Shown here: piece by piece, positions 37,733 to 46,393 of the stretch
Position numbering within the stretch: the first letter of the stretch is position 1
Layout of the letters: every line of letters starts with the position of its first letter
IMG/VR virus record: IMGVR_UViG_3300034071_001657
Strand: one strand, 5' to 3'
Source of the DNA: a virus
Length of the DNA: 64,000 nucleotides
Program-made: the position numbers and the translations under genes
Notes under the pieces: generated by a model
What the model was told of the DNA's origin: nothing
Database searches by the model: none
The model's input: only the letters and a program-made list of their open reading frames with translations

Positions 37733-37844
37733 CAGTGCATCTCCTTGTGCGGATACTTCGGAGGCTTGCGCCGTTTGTCCGAGACTATTCGCATTTTGTA
37801 TTTGGGGGACCGAAGGTCCCGCGCAACAGGATTTCTTTTTGTCT

Positions 37845-38246
37845 TCACTTTACAAGTTTGTATGGTTTGTTCCACTTACCGATGTTGACATCGACATAGT
37901 AAGCGGTGTTAAAGTAATCGGTCTGTGCATCAGACTCATCGTACCAATCGGCACCCTTCAGGGCACGGAAAGCTTCCGTCAGAAAGTTCTTGGCAACACC
38001 GCTGAAGTGTTCATGGAACCAGTACGGGTTTACGTCAATCGAACCGTAACGGCGAACGAAGGATTCATCTTTGCACTTGCCATCGGCCAAATAGTTCTCG
38101 ATGAAATCGATTTTGCCAGACTTCACATTCAGCACGATAGTCGAATGATTGTGAACCGCAAGAGTGCCTTTGACGCCGTATTTAGCCAGGATCGGCTTGA
38201 GCAGGGAGGCAATCTTTGCTTTCTTTTCTTGGGACATGTAAGCCAT
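37845..38246 (-). CDS. Conserved hypothetical phage early protein
   Basis: MAYMSQEKKAKI...WYDESDAQTDYFNTAYYVDVNIGKWNKPY motif. Confidence 0.8.
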   Translation of the reverse strand: MAYMSQEKKAKIASLLKPILAKYGVKGTLAVHNHSTIVLNVKSGKIDFIENYLADGKCKDESFVRRYGSIDVNPYWFHEHFSGVAKNFLTEAFRALKGADWYDESDAQTDYFNTAYYVDVNIGKWNKPYKLVK

Positions 38247-38266
38247 GAGAATTCTCCGAATTCAGA

Positions 38267-38554
38267 TTAACGAAGGTAGAGATAACCGCCAGACCAGGTG
38301 ATATTGGTCGGGAAGTTTGTCAACAGATTGTATCGAACATGCTTGGCAGGAGCATTCCAGGACGCAGGCATGTAGATATCACCAGTCTTCATATCAACGA
38401 ACGAATGAACCGACCGCGAATCGCCGTGAGTCACATTGATTACTTTGGCGTATTTACGGCCGTATGCAACCTCAACATCAAAGGTTAGCGAACCTTTGTA
38501 AGAAGCTTTGATGTCGGCAACATAGTCATTCAGAAGATCGGACAGAGCATTCAT
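38267..38554 (-). CDS. Conserved hypothetical phage early protein
   Basis: GRKYAKV...SVHSFVDMKTGDIYMPASWNAPAKHVRYNL motif; start taken at MNALSD because the longer frame crosses a promoter. Confidence 0.8.
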   Translation of the reverse strand: MNALSDLLNDYVADIKASYKGSLTFDVEVAYGRKYAKVINVTHGDSRSVHSFVDMKTGDIYMPASWNAPAKHVRYNLLTNFPTNITWSGGYLYLR

Positions 38555-38585
38555 GTTTAGTTCCAAATCAATCACAACAGAATCG

Positions 38586-38634
38586 ATTATACGCTTTTCG
38601 GGAGACTTGTCAAGCGTGTTGTACAAAAACAACA
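38586..38634 (-). promoter_or_regulatory. Sigma70 promoter with TGTTG-N8-CAACA box
   Basis: TTGACA-16-TATAAT; box at 38617-38634. Confidence 0.85.
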
Positions 38635-38973
38635 TTACTTACCAGACCGAGCCTTTCGCATTCTTGCATAGAGCATTTTAATTGCAGCCTTGTGCCCATA
38701 CTTCATGATTTCCTCCCTATGGAGGCGACCCTCTTCCCTAAGTTTGGCGTGATATTCTTCGCTGGCTGCGGCTACTTCCTTAGCAAGTTCAGGACCGTAA
38801 GTCAGAACACCGACGGCCTCTTCAATCTCACGTTTTACTTTTGTTGCTGATACTCCGTAAATCTCCGCAACCATGCGGACCCGCGCATAATGTGGAGTAG
38901 TGCTCTCACCCATATAGCCAGCACTATGAGCAATTTCAGCCTCGCGGCGAATCGTTTCTTCGTAGGTTCTCAT
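38635..38973 (-). CDS. Hypothetical early protein
   Basis: AAGGAG SD; own promoter. Confidence 0.7.
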   Translation of the reverse strand: MRTYEETIRREAEIAHSAGYMGESTTPHYARVRMVAEIYGVSATKVKREIEEAVGVLTYGPELAKEVAAASEEYHAKLREEGRLHREEIMKYGHKAAIKMLYARMRKARSGK

Positions 38974-39002
38974 TTTTGACACTCCTTGTTTCGACAGAAT
39001 CT

Positions 39003-39061
39003 ATTATAGAGATTTCGGTAGATTTGTCAAGAAGTTTTTGGGGTGTTGTTTTTACGCAACA
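39003..39061 (-). promoter_or_regulatory. Sigma70 promoter with TGTTG-N8-CAACA box
   Basis: TTGACA-16-TATAAT; box at 39044-39061. Confidence 0.85.
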
Positions 39062-39420
39062 GTTTTGAGATATCCGAATGGAAGATTGAAACGGTACTCG
39101 ATATAGCCGTGGTCTTCACTGCCAAACCCACTGTCATGGGCAATCTGATTTATCGCGGTTTCGCGGTCAGATGCGCCCGCCTGAATGTATTCTCGGACGC
39201 GGGTTTCAAACTGCACAGTCGCGCAGGCCTGTGCTAGGCGCTCCTCTGCCATTTGCTCTTCGAGAGCAATGGAGAGTGCATTAATCTGGGCATTGAACCC
39301 CTCCAGCGTCCAATTGGAAGTGTCCACACCGCGTGGGCGAACACCGTGGACATCTTTATAAAGGTCCCACCACGTGGCGGAGGCTTGTTCGAGAGGAGAC
39401 ATTTCGTTCCAGGTTTTCAT
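39052..39420 (-). CDS. Conserved hypothetical T4-like phage early protein
   Basis: WDLYKDVHGVRPRG motif. Confidence 0.8.
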   Translation of the reverse strand: MKTWNEMSPLEQASATWWDLYKDVHGVRPRGVDTSNWTLEGFNAQINALSIALEEQMAEERLAQACATVQFETRVREYIQAGASDRETAINQIAHDSGFGSEDHGYIEYRFNLPFGYLKTVA

Positions 39421-39421
39421 G

Positions 39422-39670
39422 TTAGATCAAGTCCACTTGAACATCGACGGAAGTACGTTCCATGCGATCATTGTAGAAGGTACTGGTATAAGCAAACCCA
39501 GTGATTTTCTCGCGAGCAATATGCTCTAGAGCATTCCAAGCAGCAACCCGCTGTTCAGTAAAAGTCATTTGAGTCATACCCTCAACGGTAGTCACGAAAC
39601 CGACACCGTTAACGATCACACGGACGGGCTGAGAATTTTTCAATCCACGAATCACTGAGCGAGTACGCAT
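39422..39670 (-). CDS. Hypothetical early protein
   Basis: Start taken at MRTRSVIRG. Confidence 0.65.
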   Translation of the reverse strand: MRTRSVIRGLKNSQPVRVIVNGVGFVTTVEGMTQMTFTEQRVAAWNALEHIAREKITGFAYTSTFYNDRMERTSVDVQVDLI

Positions 39671-39772
39671 ATTAGAGCACCATCCCAAGAAGAAACACGA
39701 AAGAGACAAGACCAACAAACATCACACTGGGCAGAATCATTTTTTCCTCACTCGTCAATCACTACAGGATCA

Positions 39773-39831
39773 ATTATACTCTTTTCGGTAGACTTGTCAA
39801 GTGGTTTTTAAAGTGTTGTTTTTATACAACT
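39773..39831 (-). promoter_or_regulatory. Sigma70 promoter with GTTG-N8-CAACA box
   Basis: TTGACA-16-TATAAT; box at 39814-39831. Confidence 0.85.
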
Positions 39832-40024
39832 AGTGATAACTTCCCTCTGCATGACTTAGAATGTACTTTGCAACTTCTAATTTTCCTTCGTCGCTTGACT
39901 CCCAGACTTCGTTTGGTGTAGACATATTAAAATGATAGTTTTGACTGTCCCACCACCGATTGACTAGCGTAGTTGAACCTAGCATTGAATATAGGACATC
40001 ATTTAGTTTTTCTTTTGATTTCAT
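39830..40024 (-). CDS. Hypothetical protein
   Basis: ATGA-coupled to the upstream ORF. Confidence 0.65.
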   Translation of the reverse strand: MKSKEKLNDVLYSMLGSTTLVNRWWDSQNYHFNMSTPNEVWESSDEGKLEVAKYILSHAEGSYH

Positions 40025-40467
40025 CGATCTTCCTCTTTCGAGTGTTCATCGCAGGCGGTGTAAAACCAGTGTCTGCCGCGCATTCTTCCTAGATTGCCGC
40101 ATTGTTCACAGGTGATTGAACTCATCATTTCGGCCATGCGAACCATGCCATCGATTGTGTCATCGCCGCCATCATAGTAGAACCGAAGTGTACCATACTT
40201 CTCTTTTACTTGTGTTACGGTAACCTGAGGAATAAGGTCATATGGTTTTTGGTCGTAGTCGGGGTACTTTTTCCTATTTTCTTCGATTCGTTCGTTAGAC
40301 TCTTTACGAAAATCAATGTACGTCTGAATCTGATAGCAGAGTGCATCGAGAAGAGGGAACCAACCACTACCACATTCAATACCGAACATGGAAAATGGTT
40401 CAAGTTCACGCCCTTTGCGAACCTGAAAGATCAGAGGATATTTTTCGAACAATTCATTAACGGTCAT
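40021..40467 (-). CDS. Conserved hypothetical phage protein with C-terminal Zn site
   Basis: ECGSGW, QVKEKYGTLRFY and CEQCG...CDEH motifs. Confidence 0.8.
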   Translation of the reverse strand: MTVNELFEKYPLIFQVRKGRELEPFSMFGIECGSGWFPLLDALCYQIQTYIDFRKESNERIEENRKKYPDYDQKPYDLIPQVTVTQVKEKYGTLRFYYDGGDDTIDGMVRMAEMMSSITCEQCGNLGRMRGRHWFYTACDEHSKEEDR

Positions 40468-40468
40468 T

Positions 40469-40966
40469 TTAAATTACCTCATTCGGATATTCTTCAGAAG
40501 GCATAAATTTATATTGTGGCTTATCAGGTTTGATATATGGAAAGGTCACAGGTACACTTGATCCTTTTCCTGTAAAATAAGTCTTGCTCATCTTACCATC
40601 TTCATCTCTATACCATTCCCAGAATACGATACCATCAATATCATATGCTCCGTTCTTGTCTTTGAATACTGATCCGCATCGTTTGTTTTGATATGTAGGC
40701 CCATTCTCGGGACGGTCGTATACGTGCCCCCATTCCCAATCCTCACCAGTCAGTGGTGCAAGCGGCTTAAACATTGCTAACTTACTGAAAAGATTAATAG
40801 CATATGGTGCAGATGAACCAGAATGCCCTTCATCGTGAAACACATCGAGCAACTTCAATACGTGAGTGCAAATGGCTTCCTGCATCTCATCATTGAACTG
40901 ATTGTTCTCATCAACCCAACCTGCTGCGCGAAACTCGGTCCATGCGTGATTCTCATAATTACTCAT
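40469..40966 (-). CDS. Conserved hypothetical phage protein
   Basis: EGHSGSSA...PLAPLTGEDWEW...QNKRC motif. Confidence 0.8.
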   Translation of the reverse strand: MSNYENHAWTEFRAAGWVDENNQFNDEMQEAICTHVLKLLDVFHDEGHSGSSAPYAINLFSKLAMFKPLAPLTGEDWEWGHVYDRPENGPTYQNKRCGSVFKDKNGAYDIDGIVFWEWYRDEDGKMSKTYFTGKGSSVPVTFPYIKPDKPQYKFMPSEEYPNEVI

Positions 40967-41358
40967 ACCCTGTGACTCCCCATTGTATAAAATTTATCGA
41001 CAGCATCTTCACCTAGCCCATGAAATTTTGCAAACGCTTTGAGCAAATCTGCCTCATGTTCAGCATCATAAATTGCATTGTGAATATCTAGATAGCCTGC
41101 GCACTGAGCAGGCATGTATGCTTCTGGTCCAAAACCAAATACATTATATAGCACATAACGATAAGTGCCTTTCTGTTTAATTTCGCCATCAACGATTCGG
41201 CGAGACATTGCACAGAAGGCCATCAGTTGTTGCTCTTTGGTCAGAGAATTCCAATATTCTTCTTGCTCTTTCTTCATTGCATCAATTACTTTTTGAAATT
41301 GTTGACCTAGTTCAGACAATTCTTCCATAGCTTTATCAATGTCTTCTTGCGTTTTCAT
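40963..41358 (-). CDS. Hypothetical protein
   Basis: GTYRYVLYNVFGFGPEAY motif; coupled ORF. Confidence 0.7.
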   Translation of the reverse strand: MKTQEDIDKAMEELSELGQQFQKVIDAMKKEQEEYWNSLTKEQQLMAFCAMSRRIVDGEIKQKGTYRYVLYNVFGFGPEAYMPAQCAGYLDIHNAIYDAEHEADLLKAFAKFHGLGEDAVDKFYTMGSHRV

Positions 41359-41361
41359 TCT

Positions 41362-41574
41362 TTATTGTCCAAAATATTCGAGTACGGCATCAATGGCCGC
41401 AACCGTCTGTTTACTCATGACAACATCATCTGGATGTAACCATTGGCCGTTCTCGTATCCTTCAAGTTCTTTTGTAAGGTAATCTCGATGTTCTTTCAGA
41501 TTGAGAACCGTGATACCATCTGCAATTTCACCACTAATATCAATTTGCGTAGCCATATCGTCACCTTCAGTCAT
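41362..41574 (-). CDS. Hypothetical protein
   Basis: Coupled small ORF. Confidence 0.6.
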   Translation of the reverse strand: MTEGDDMATQIDISGEIADGITVLNLKEHRDYLTKELEGYENGQWLHPDDVVMSKQTVAAIDAVLEYFGQ

Positions 41575-41920
41575 AATTTGGTTCTTTAATTGCAGGCTTT
41601 CTTCGCAGAAATTCTGTAATTTTACTTTGCCAATTGGAATAACAATGCCTTACACCAACTGTAATTCTTAGATAGGGCAAGATAGCACCAACATAAAGTT
41701 CATTTGGGTCTAACCCAGCATCCACACCAAACGAAAAGTGTTCCATCGTCCAAACTTGGAAGATCAACCAGTGAACACTCCAATTGTTTGCGTTCCACTC
41801 ATCACCTTCTCGGTAATGCCATCGAGGCACCAATGGGCATACATCATTACACCACCATTTATGCAGTGGATAATGTTCCCACCATTCTTTATCTCTACAA
41901 GGTCTTTCTTCACTCATCAT
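41567..41920 (-). CDS. Hypothetical Trp-rich protein
   Basis: Coupled ORF. Confidence 0.65.
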   Translation of the reverse strand: MMSEERPCRDKEWWEHYPLHKWWCNDVCPLVPRWHYREGDEWNANNWSVHWLIFQVWTMEHFSFGVDAGLDPNELYVGAILPYLRITVGVRHCYSNWQSKITEFLRRKPAIKEPNYD

Positions 41921-42246
41921 GGTGCTCCATGTTGTTTCTTCAGTTTTTTAATTTCTGCTTTGAGATTACGATTCTCATACTTTGCCCAACCCAAATCATC
42001 CTGCATCTTTCGCATCTGTTCAGCAAAGTCACGGTCAGCAGGTGAGAGGTTTTCTTCTGGTGTGATAATGAACTTACCTGCGTCCCAGTCAAATCCCATA
42101 CCAATGTGTTTAATCTTAACTGTAGGATGAGCACCTACAGTAGAGTATGGAAGTTTAATTTGAATTACAACTTCTGGATCTTCACGCATCATACGTTCTT
42201 CATTGTGATGAGCATTCACCAATCGATGCAGTTCACTTAGTTTCAT
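41917..42246 (-). CDS. Hypothetical protein with C-terminal coiled coil
   Basis: GGAG SD; coupled ORF. Confidence 0.7.
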   Translation of the reverse strand: MKLSELHRLVNAHHNEERMMREDPEVVIQIKLPYSTVGAHPTVKIKHIGMGFDWDAGKFIITPEENLSPADRDFAEQMRKMQDDLGWAKYENRNLKAEIKKLKKQHGAP

Positions 42247-42490
42247 TATTTACTCCAAAATGTTTAGCAATTCTTGCAGCAGCAGTATCAGCACCATAAA
42301 TCATATCAGCATTTACACCACGCGAATCAGCCACACAATGAGCTTGCTCAATGCATTCTTGCACAATCAACATGGCAAACTTTTCATCACGAATGTCATG
42401 CCAATCAGGATGATATTCACCTTTCATTTGAAGTTTAGAATCAGCAAAAAGGTCTGCTTGTTCTGCAAATTTTTGAATCAGTTCGTTCAT
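42233..42490 (-). CDS. MNERI/FAELIV/HFGV paralogue 1
   Basis: MNELIQKFAEQA...KFAMLIVQEC...KHFGV. Confidence 0.75.
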   Translation of the reverse strand: MNELIQKFAEQADLFADSKLQMKGEYHPDWHDIRDEKFAMLIVQECIEQAHCVADSRGVNADMIYGADTAAARIAKHFGVNNETK

Positions 42491-42648
42491 GGACGATACT
42501 CTAGTTTAATACACTTCCATCCTTGACGCTTTGCCCACCATATATTATATACTGCTTTTAGTAGACTTTCACCAGTATAAATTTGCAGCCAATTATACGG
42601 TCCATTGACTGGACCGTCCCACACATTAACTTCATAGGTGTAGCCCAT
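42487..42648 (-). CDS. Small hypothetical protein (below the ORF-track cutoff)
   Basis: MGYTYEVNVWDG...KLEYRP; TAATG and ATGA overlaps with both neighbours. Confidence 0.6.
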   Translation of the reverse strand: MGYTYEVNVWDGPVNGPYNWLQIYTGESLLKAVYNIWWAKRQGWKCIKLEYRP

Positions 42649-42766
42649 TACTCCACTCCAAAATCTTTCTTAGCCTGCTCCCAGACTTTACGGGGATTCA
42701 TAACACACCAAGCACCAATGATAAACGGTGCTATCAAAATATACAACAGGTTTTTATACCAAGGCA

Positions 42767-43153
42767 TCATTCAATCCCAAACATCTTTTGCTCTAGAATT
42801 CTCAGATAGTCTCGTGCTTTCTGAAAATCACGATCATACAATGCACGTTCAGTCAACATCAGGTCTTGTCTAAACTCACCATAGATTGCTTCAATCACTT
42901 GGCGCTTGGTTCGATGAATTGCTTCTTCTAGTGCATCACCACCTTCTTGGAGAAGATCAAGATCACTTACGTGGACCTGAGAACCAATTGTGACACTGAT
43001 TCGATACTGTTTAGCAATACCTTCAGTTCCTTTTAGGTCTTGAGTATGTGACTTGATATTGAATACATCTTGGAACAGATTAGAGAAACTTTCTTTAATA
43101 AGTTTTCGGTCACCCGTATCGTGTGCTTCAATTGCTCTTACTACTTGGCTCAT
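42767..43153 (-). CDS. Hypothetical protein
   Basis: ATGA-coupled; ends MFGIE. Confidence 0.7.
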   Translation of the reverse strand: MSQVVRAIEAHDTGDRKLIKESFSNLFQDVFNIKSHTQDLKGTEGIAKQYRISVTIGSQVHVSDLDLLQEGGDALEEAIHRTKRQVIEAIYGEFRQDLMLTERALYDRDFQKARDYLRILEQKMFGIE

Positions 43154-43428
43154 TCTTTAACTCCAAAATGTTCTTTAATCATCACTTCATTATCCCAACA
43201 TTTCTCAGCACAGATTTCAAAATTACTGGCAAACAGTTCGTCTTTTTCTTCTGCTGATAGTTTATAGAGTCTTTCGGATTCTGCTCTCAATACACTAACA
43301 CATTCCTGAACAATCAACTCGGCGAATTTTGGCAAACTAGCATTATAATTTCCTGCCCAGCCGATACGTTCGTCGTCGATGTATTGAAATCCAGCCTGTT
43401 TTGCAAGTTCTCTCATTCGTTCGTTCAT
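43150..43428 (-). CDS. MNERI/FAELIV/HFGV paralogue 2
   Basis: MNERMRELAKQAG...KFAELIVQEC...IKEHFGVKE. Confidence 0.8.
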   Translation of the reverse strand: MNERMRELAKQAGFQYIDDERIGWAGNYNASLPKFAELIVQECVSVLRAESERLYKLSAEEKDELFASNFEICAEKCWDNEVMIKEHFGVKE

Positions 43429-43558
43429 CGCCGACCCCAAAGAAATCGCAGAGTTAGACCATCAACAAAATTACGCTTAAAGGTCGTATCGGGTGCCCAG
43501 ATAATGTAGCCAATGATAATACCTAGTGCATACCCAATGAGAAGGTAAAGTGTTTCAT

Positions 43559-43795
43559 TCATTCTTCAACTCCAAAATGTTCTTTGACTTTTTCAACACA
43601 GTCTCTACGGAAGGCATCTTCGATTTGGTTACGATAATCGGCGTATCCTGGGCTTATGTTTTCTACAATACCGATACATTCCCGAACAATCAACTCGGCA
43701 AATTCTTCAATGGCTGCACGTTGAACTGGACCCGTTTGAAAGAAATTTAGAATGCGTTCATTGCATTGTGCTAGTTCTTCAATTCGTTTATTCAT
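43559..43795 (-). CDS. MNERI/FAELIV/HFGV paralogue 3
   Basis: MNKRIEELA...EFAELIVREC...VKEHFGVEE. Confidence 0.8.
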   Translation of the reverse strand: MNKRIEELAQCNERILNFFQTGPVQRAAIEEFAELIVRECIGIVENISPGYADYRNQIEDAFRRDCVEKVKEHFGVEE

Positions 43796-44073
43796 GGTTG
43801 TTCTCTCAGTTGAATTAGCCCATCAATCAACATAGGAATTGTTCTAACATCGAAATTAAATTCTACAGGATCACCGAAGTAATCGTAATCATGAATTTGA
43901 ATATAGGCAAGCCGACTATCTTTTCTCAGAGTCAGATATGGTGTTCCGTTAGGTCTTGTTAGTTCAATTCGTTTGTTAGGTTGTTTTATCCCTAAAGGAC
44001 CGCAGATATGTGCATAGTCAAACGCAGGTTCTTCACGCCCACATTTATGGCACTTGATAAAGTTCACAACCAA
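43792..44073 (-). CDS. Hypothetical protein with N-terminal Zn-finger-like motif
   Basis: CHKC...HIC followed by an internal NKRIEL motif. Confidence 0.6.
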   Translation of the reverse strand: MVVNFIKCHKCGREEPAFDYAHICGPLGIKQPNKRIELTRPNGTPYLTLRKDSRLAYIQIHDYDYFGDPVEFNFDVRTIPMLIDGLIQLREQP

Positions 44074-44276
44074 CTTCCTTTTAGAACGTATGCTTTGCGC
44101 TTACCACGAACCCGTACATCAATTTGACGGTGTTGCCGTTTTAGTTTCTTAGCATAGTATCGTGCTTTACCAAGATATGGTGTAGCAATAAAGTTAGACC
44201 AACCACCGTCGGGAAAGGTCCTCGGTTTGTACAGTAAGACATAATAAAGTTTTTTTGGTCTAACAAAAAGCATCAC
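44064..44276 (-). CDS. Hypothetical basic protein
   Basis: Coupled ORF. Confidence 0.6.
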   Translation of the reverse strand: MMLFVRPKKLYYVLLYKPRTFPDGGWSNFIATPYLGKARYYAKKLKRQHRQIDVRVRGKRKAYVLKGSWL

Positions 44277-44473
44277 TTAACTCCGAAATGTTTCTTTAGG
44301 TCCTCGATGCATCGACGGACTTCCATGTCCTCGCGGTTCAGGTCGCCCATGTACCTCTTCTGAACTACGCCGATAGCCTCACTTACGATAAGGTCGGCGA
44401 ATTTTTCGGCATCGAACACCGTAGGAAAAGTCTTCCAACTCTCCATCATCAATTCTCGAATTCGTTCGTTCAT
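44273..44473 (-). CDS. MNERI/FAELIV/HFGV paralogue 4
   Basis: MNERIRELM...KFADLIVSEA...LKKHFGVK. Confidence 0.8.
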   Translation of the reverse strand: MNERIRELMMESWKTFPTVFDAEKFADLIVSEAIGVVQKRYMGDLNREDMEVRRCIEDLKKHFGVK

Positions 44474-44646
44474 TTTACAATCTCTTTGCAATGTTTAACA
44501 GCATCAGTATACAGCATGGTGCCATTCTTGTCAAGACAGTTGTTGTAAATACGCGACGTTTCCATTTTACCGCCAACAACAATTAGTAAAACAATAGCCG
44601 CAAGTGTTAAACCTGCTACGGGAAAGACCCACCAATTATCATTCAT
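44470..44646 (-). CDS. Small single-TM protein with two Cys
   Basis: WWVFPVAGLTLAAIVLLIVVGG hydrophobic segment. Confidence 0.6.
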   Translation of the reverse strand: MNDNWWVFPVAGLTLAAIVLLIVVGGKMETSRIYNNCLDKNGTMLYTDAVKHCKEIVK

Positions 44647-44968
44647 CTTCACACCTCGGTCCATGTTCAAGGTAATCTTTCATAAAAACATCACCATGTT
44701 CTAGGTAGAACCTATGATATTCCCAGCCTTTGCGAAAAGTCTCGAATCTGATTCCCGCAAGTCTCATACCTTCTTCTGTCATAGGTACTTGGTATGCTTC
44801 TGAATCACGCCATGCATTATAGATTAGTTGATCTTCATCACCAAGTTTATTCTCAGCCTGCTCGATGGCAGCGCGGAGGTTGTCCATCACCGCTCTGCGG
44901 TTACCCCAATGATTGCGCCCCAGTCCAGCAATAAACTCCAGCGCCTGTTTCATGACCGTGATGCTCAT
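44639..44968 (-). CDS. Hypothetical protein
   Basis: MSITVMKQALE...LRAAIEQAE N-terminus common in phage small ORFs. Confidence 0.7.
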   Translation of the reverse strand: MSITVMKQALEFIAGLGRNHWGNRRAVMDNLRAAIEQAENKLGDEDQLIYNAWRDSEAYQVPMTEEGMRLAGIRFETFRKGWEYHRFYLEHGDVFMKDYLEHGPRCEDE

Positions 44969-45354
44969 GAGAATTCCCGACTACAGAAAGCATATCCTTC
45001 TGGATCGTCCCAATCGTATTCGGGATTGAACCAAGTATATCCAAACTTGTCAGGTTTTCGCCCTTCATCATTATGTTGAAGATTCCTTCGTCCATCATTA
45101 CGAATAAATCCTGGAGATTTCTCGCTCTCAATATACTGAACAAACCAATCGTAGTCGATACGTTCTCCATATTCATCCATGATAACTTTATCTTTGAGAA
45201 ATTCTTTCCACGCCTGCCAGCTTACAAGCCGTTCAGGTCGATAACCATGAAAAGAAAATGCCCAACCGCCAGAAGATTTACCGATATGGTATTCTTCATC
45301 ATATCGGTTGCAGCATTCACAGAGATTTTTAGCAACGTAATAATTAGTTCCCAT
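44965..45354 (-). CDS. Conserved hypothetical phage protein
   Basis: MGTNYY...HIGKSSGGWAFSF...IMDEYG motif. Confidence 0.8.
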   Translation of the reverse strand: MGTNYYVAKNLCECCNRYDEEYHIGKSSGGWAFSFHGYRPERLVSWQAWKEFLKDKVIMDEYGERIDYDWFVQYIESEKSPGFIRNDGRRNLQHNDEGRKPDKFGYTWFNPEYDWDDPEGYAFCSREFS

Positions 45355-45384
45355 GATGTAGTTTCCTGAATTTCAGTATGGTCT

Positions 45385-45437
45385 ATTGTAATAGATGCCA
45401 GAAGCTTTGTCAAGATACGTGTTGTTATGACACGACA
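45385..45437 (-). promoter_or_regulatory. Sigma70 promoter with degenerate box
   Basis: TTGACA-17-TACAAT; TGTCG-N8-CAACA at 45420-45437. Confidence 0.65.
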
Positions 45438-45664
45438 TCAGTTTTTGTTTGCCATGGATCTTTGCCAAAGACCGGCTCATGATTTTCATTGATGGGTTCG
45501 CAAGCGCGACCCATATCATATTCATTTGGAAAATGCCTGAGTAGACTCGCGGCTTGCTGTCGAATTTGTTTTGGAATTCTTGGTGTTTCTTTTGGGTCTA
45601 ATAAACTTCGTAAAAATTGACGAGTTCTATTGACCGAATTAACTCTTTCGTAAGGTAGCGTCAT
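45425..45664 (-). CDS. BPSL0761-family-like small protein
   Basis: MTLPYER....TRQFL..L.DP..TPRIP..IR..A..LLRHFP pattern. Confidence 0.7.
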   Translation of the reverse strand: MTLPYERVNSVNRTRQFLRSLLDPKETPRIPKQIRQQAASLLRHFPNEYDMGRACEPINENHEPVFGKDPWQTKTDVVS

Positions 45665-45667
45665 GAT

Positions 45668-45895
45668 TTATTTTGATACGAAAAAATGATTGTGAATTTT
45701 TTCTAGGCACTCTAATTTATTGTCAGACTCTTTGACTAGATTCACACACTCTTGAATCAGAAGATAAGAATACTTTTCAAAGTCTTCATCATATTCATTC
45801 GCCCAATCGATGTGATTTTTTCCTGGACCCCAAGACTCATCCGACCAAAAAACAAATCCTGCTTTCTTCGCAAGTTTCTGTAAGTTTTTATTCAC
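45668..45895 (-). CDS. MNERI/FAELIV/HFGV paralogue 5 (divergent)
   Basis: GTG start; MNKNLQKLAKKAGF...KYSYLLIQEC...HNHFFV. Confidence 0.65.
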   Translation of the reverse strand: MNKNLQKLAKKAGFVFWSDESWGPGKNHIDWANEYDEDFEKYSYLLIQECVNLVKESDNKLECLEKIHNHFFVSK

Positions 45896-45897
45896 GA

Positions 45898-46206
45898 TTA
45901 TCTCCATGTCCTATGATTTTCAGCTACCCATTCATTGCCATCGTATTCTTGAATGTGCCATTCGATGCCGTCAGGAATTTCGATAATCTTAAGACTTGAG
46001 AATTTTGTGTCGGCACGTTCACCTAACGTTTCTACAACTTTCACTAGATTAGGATCAGATCGAAACACCGTCAATTCGCGCGAGCCTTGAAGCCTCCACA
46101 AGTCTGCGATAAATTGCATTGATTTACCTGACAATTCTGCATACAACTGTTTTGCTTCATCTGAGAGATCAAAACCACCGAAACACTTATTCAAAACAAC
46201 TTTCAT
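45898..46206 (-). CDS. Conserved hypothetical phage protein
   Basis: MKVVLNKCFGGFDLS...RSDPNLVKVVETLG...IQEYDGNEWVAE.HRTW. Confidence 0.8.
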   Translation of the reverse strand: MKVVLNKCFGGFDLSDEAKQLYAELSGKSMQFIADLWRLQGSRELTVFRSDPNLVKVVETLGERADTKFSSLKIIEIPDGIEWHIQEYDGNEWVAENHRTWR

Positions 46207-46223
46207 AATTAACTCCAAATATT

Positions 46224-46300
<77 letters not shown>

Positions 46301-46301
46301 G

Positions 46302-46392
46302 TGGCGGAGGAAGGGAGAGTCGAACTCCCAAGGCGCTATTAACACTCAACTGTTTTCAAGACAGGTACCGTCGCCAATCGGTTTGTTCCTCC
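46302..46392 (-). tRNA. tRNA-Ser(TGA)
   Basis: Loop CTTGAAA, long V-arm, GCCA end. Confidence 0.9.
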
Positions 46393-46393
46393 G

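Noticed and set aside
37804-37822. GGGACC-TTCG-GTCCC hairpin as a terminator
   Set aside because: No U tract on the coding (-) strand; may be a stability hairpin but evidence is insufficient
38617-38634. Promoter-upstream box as a Fis, CRP/FNR or MotA site
   Set aside because: G-to-C spacing and half-site do not fit Fis (15 bp), TGTGA/TTGAT boxes or the non-palindromic MotA box
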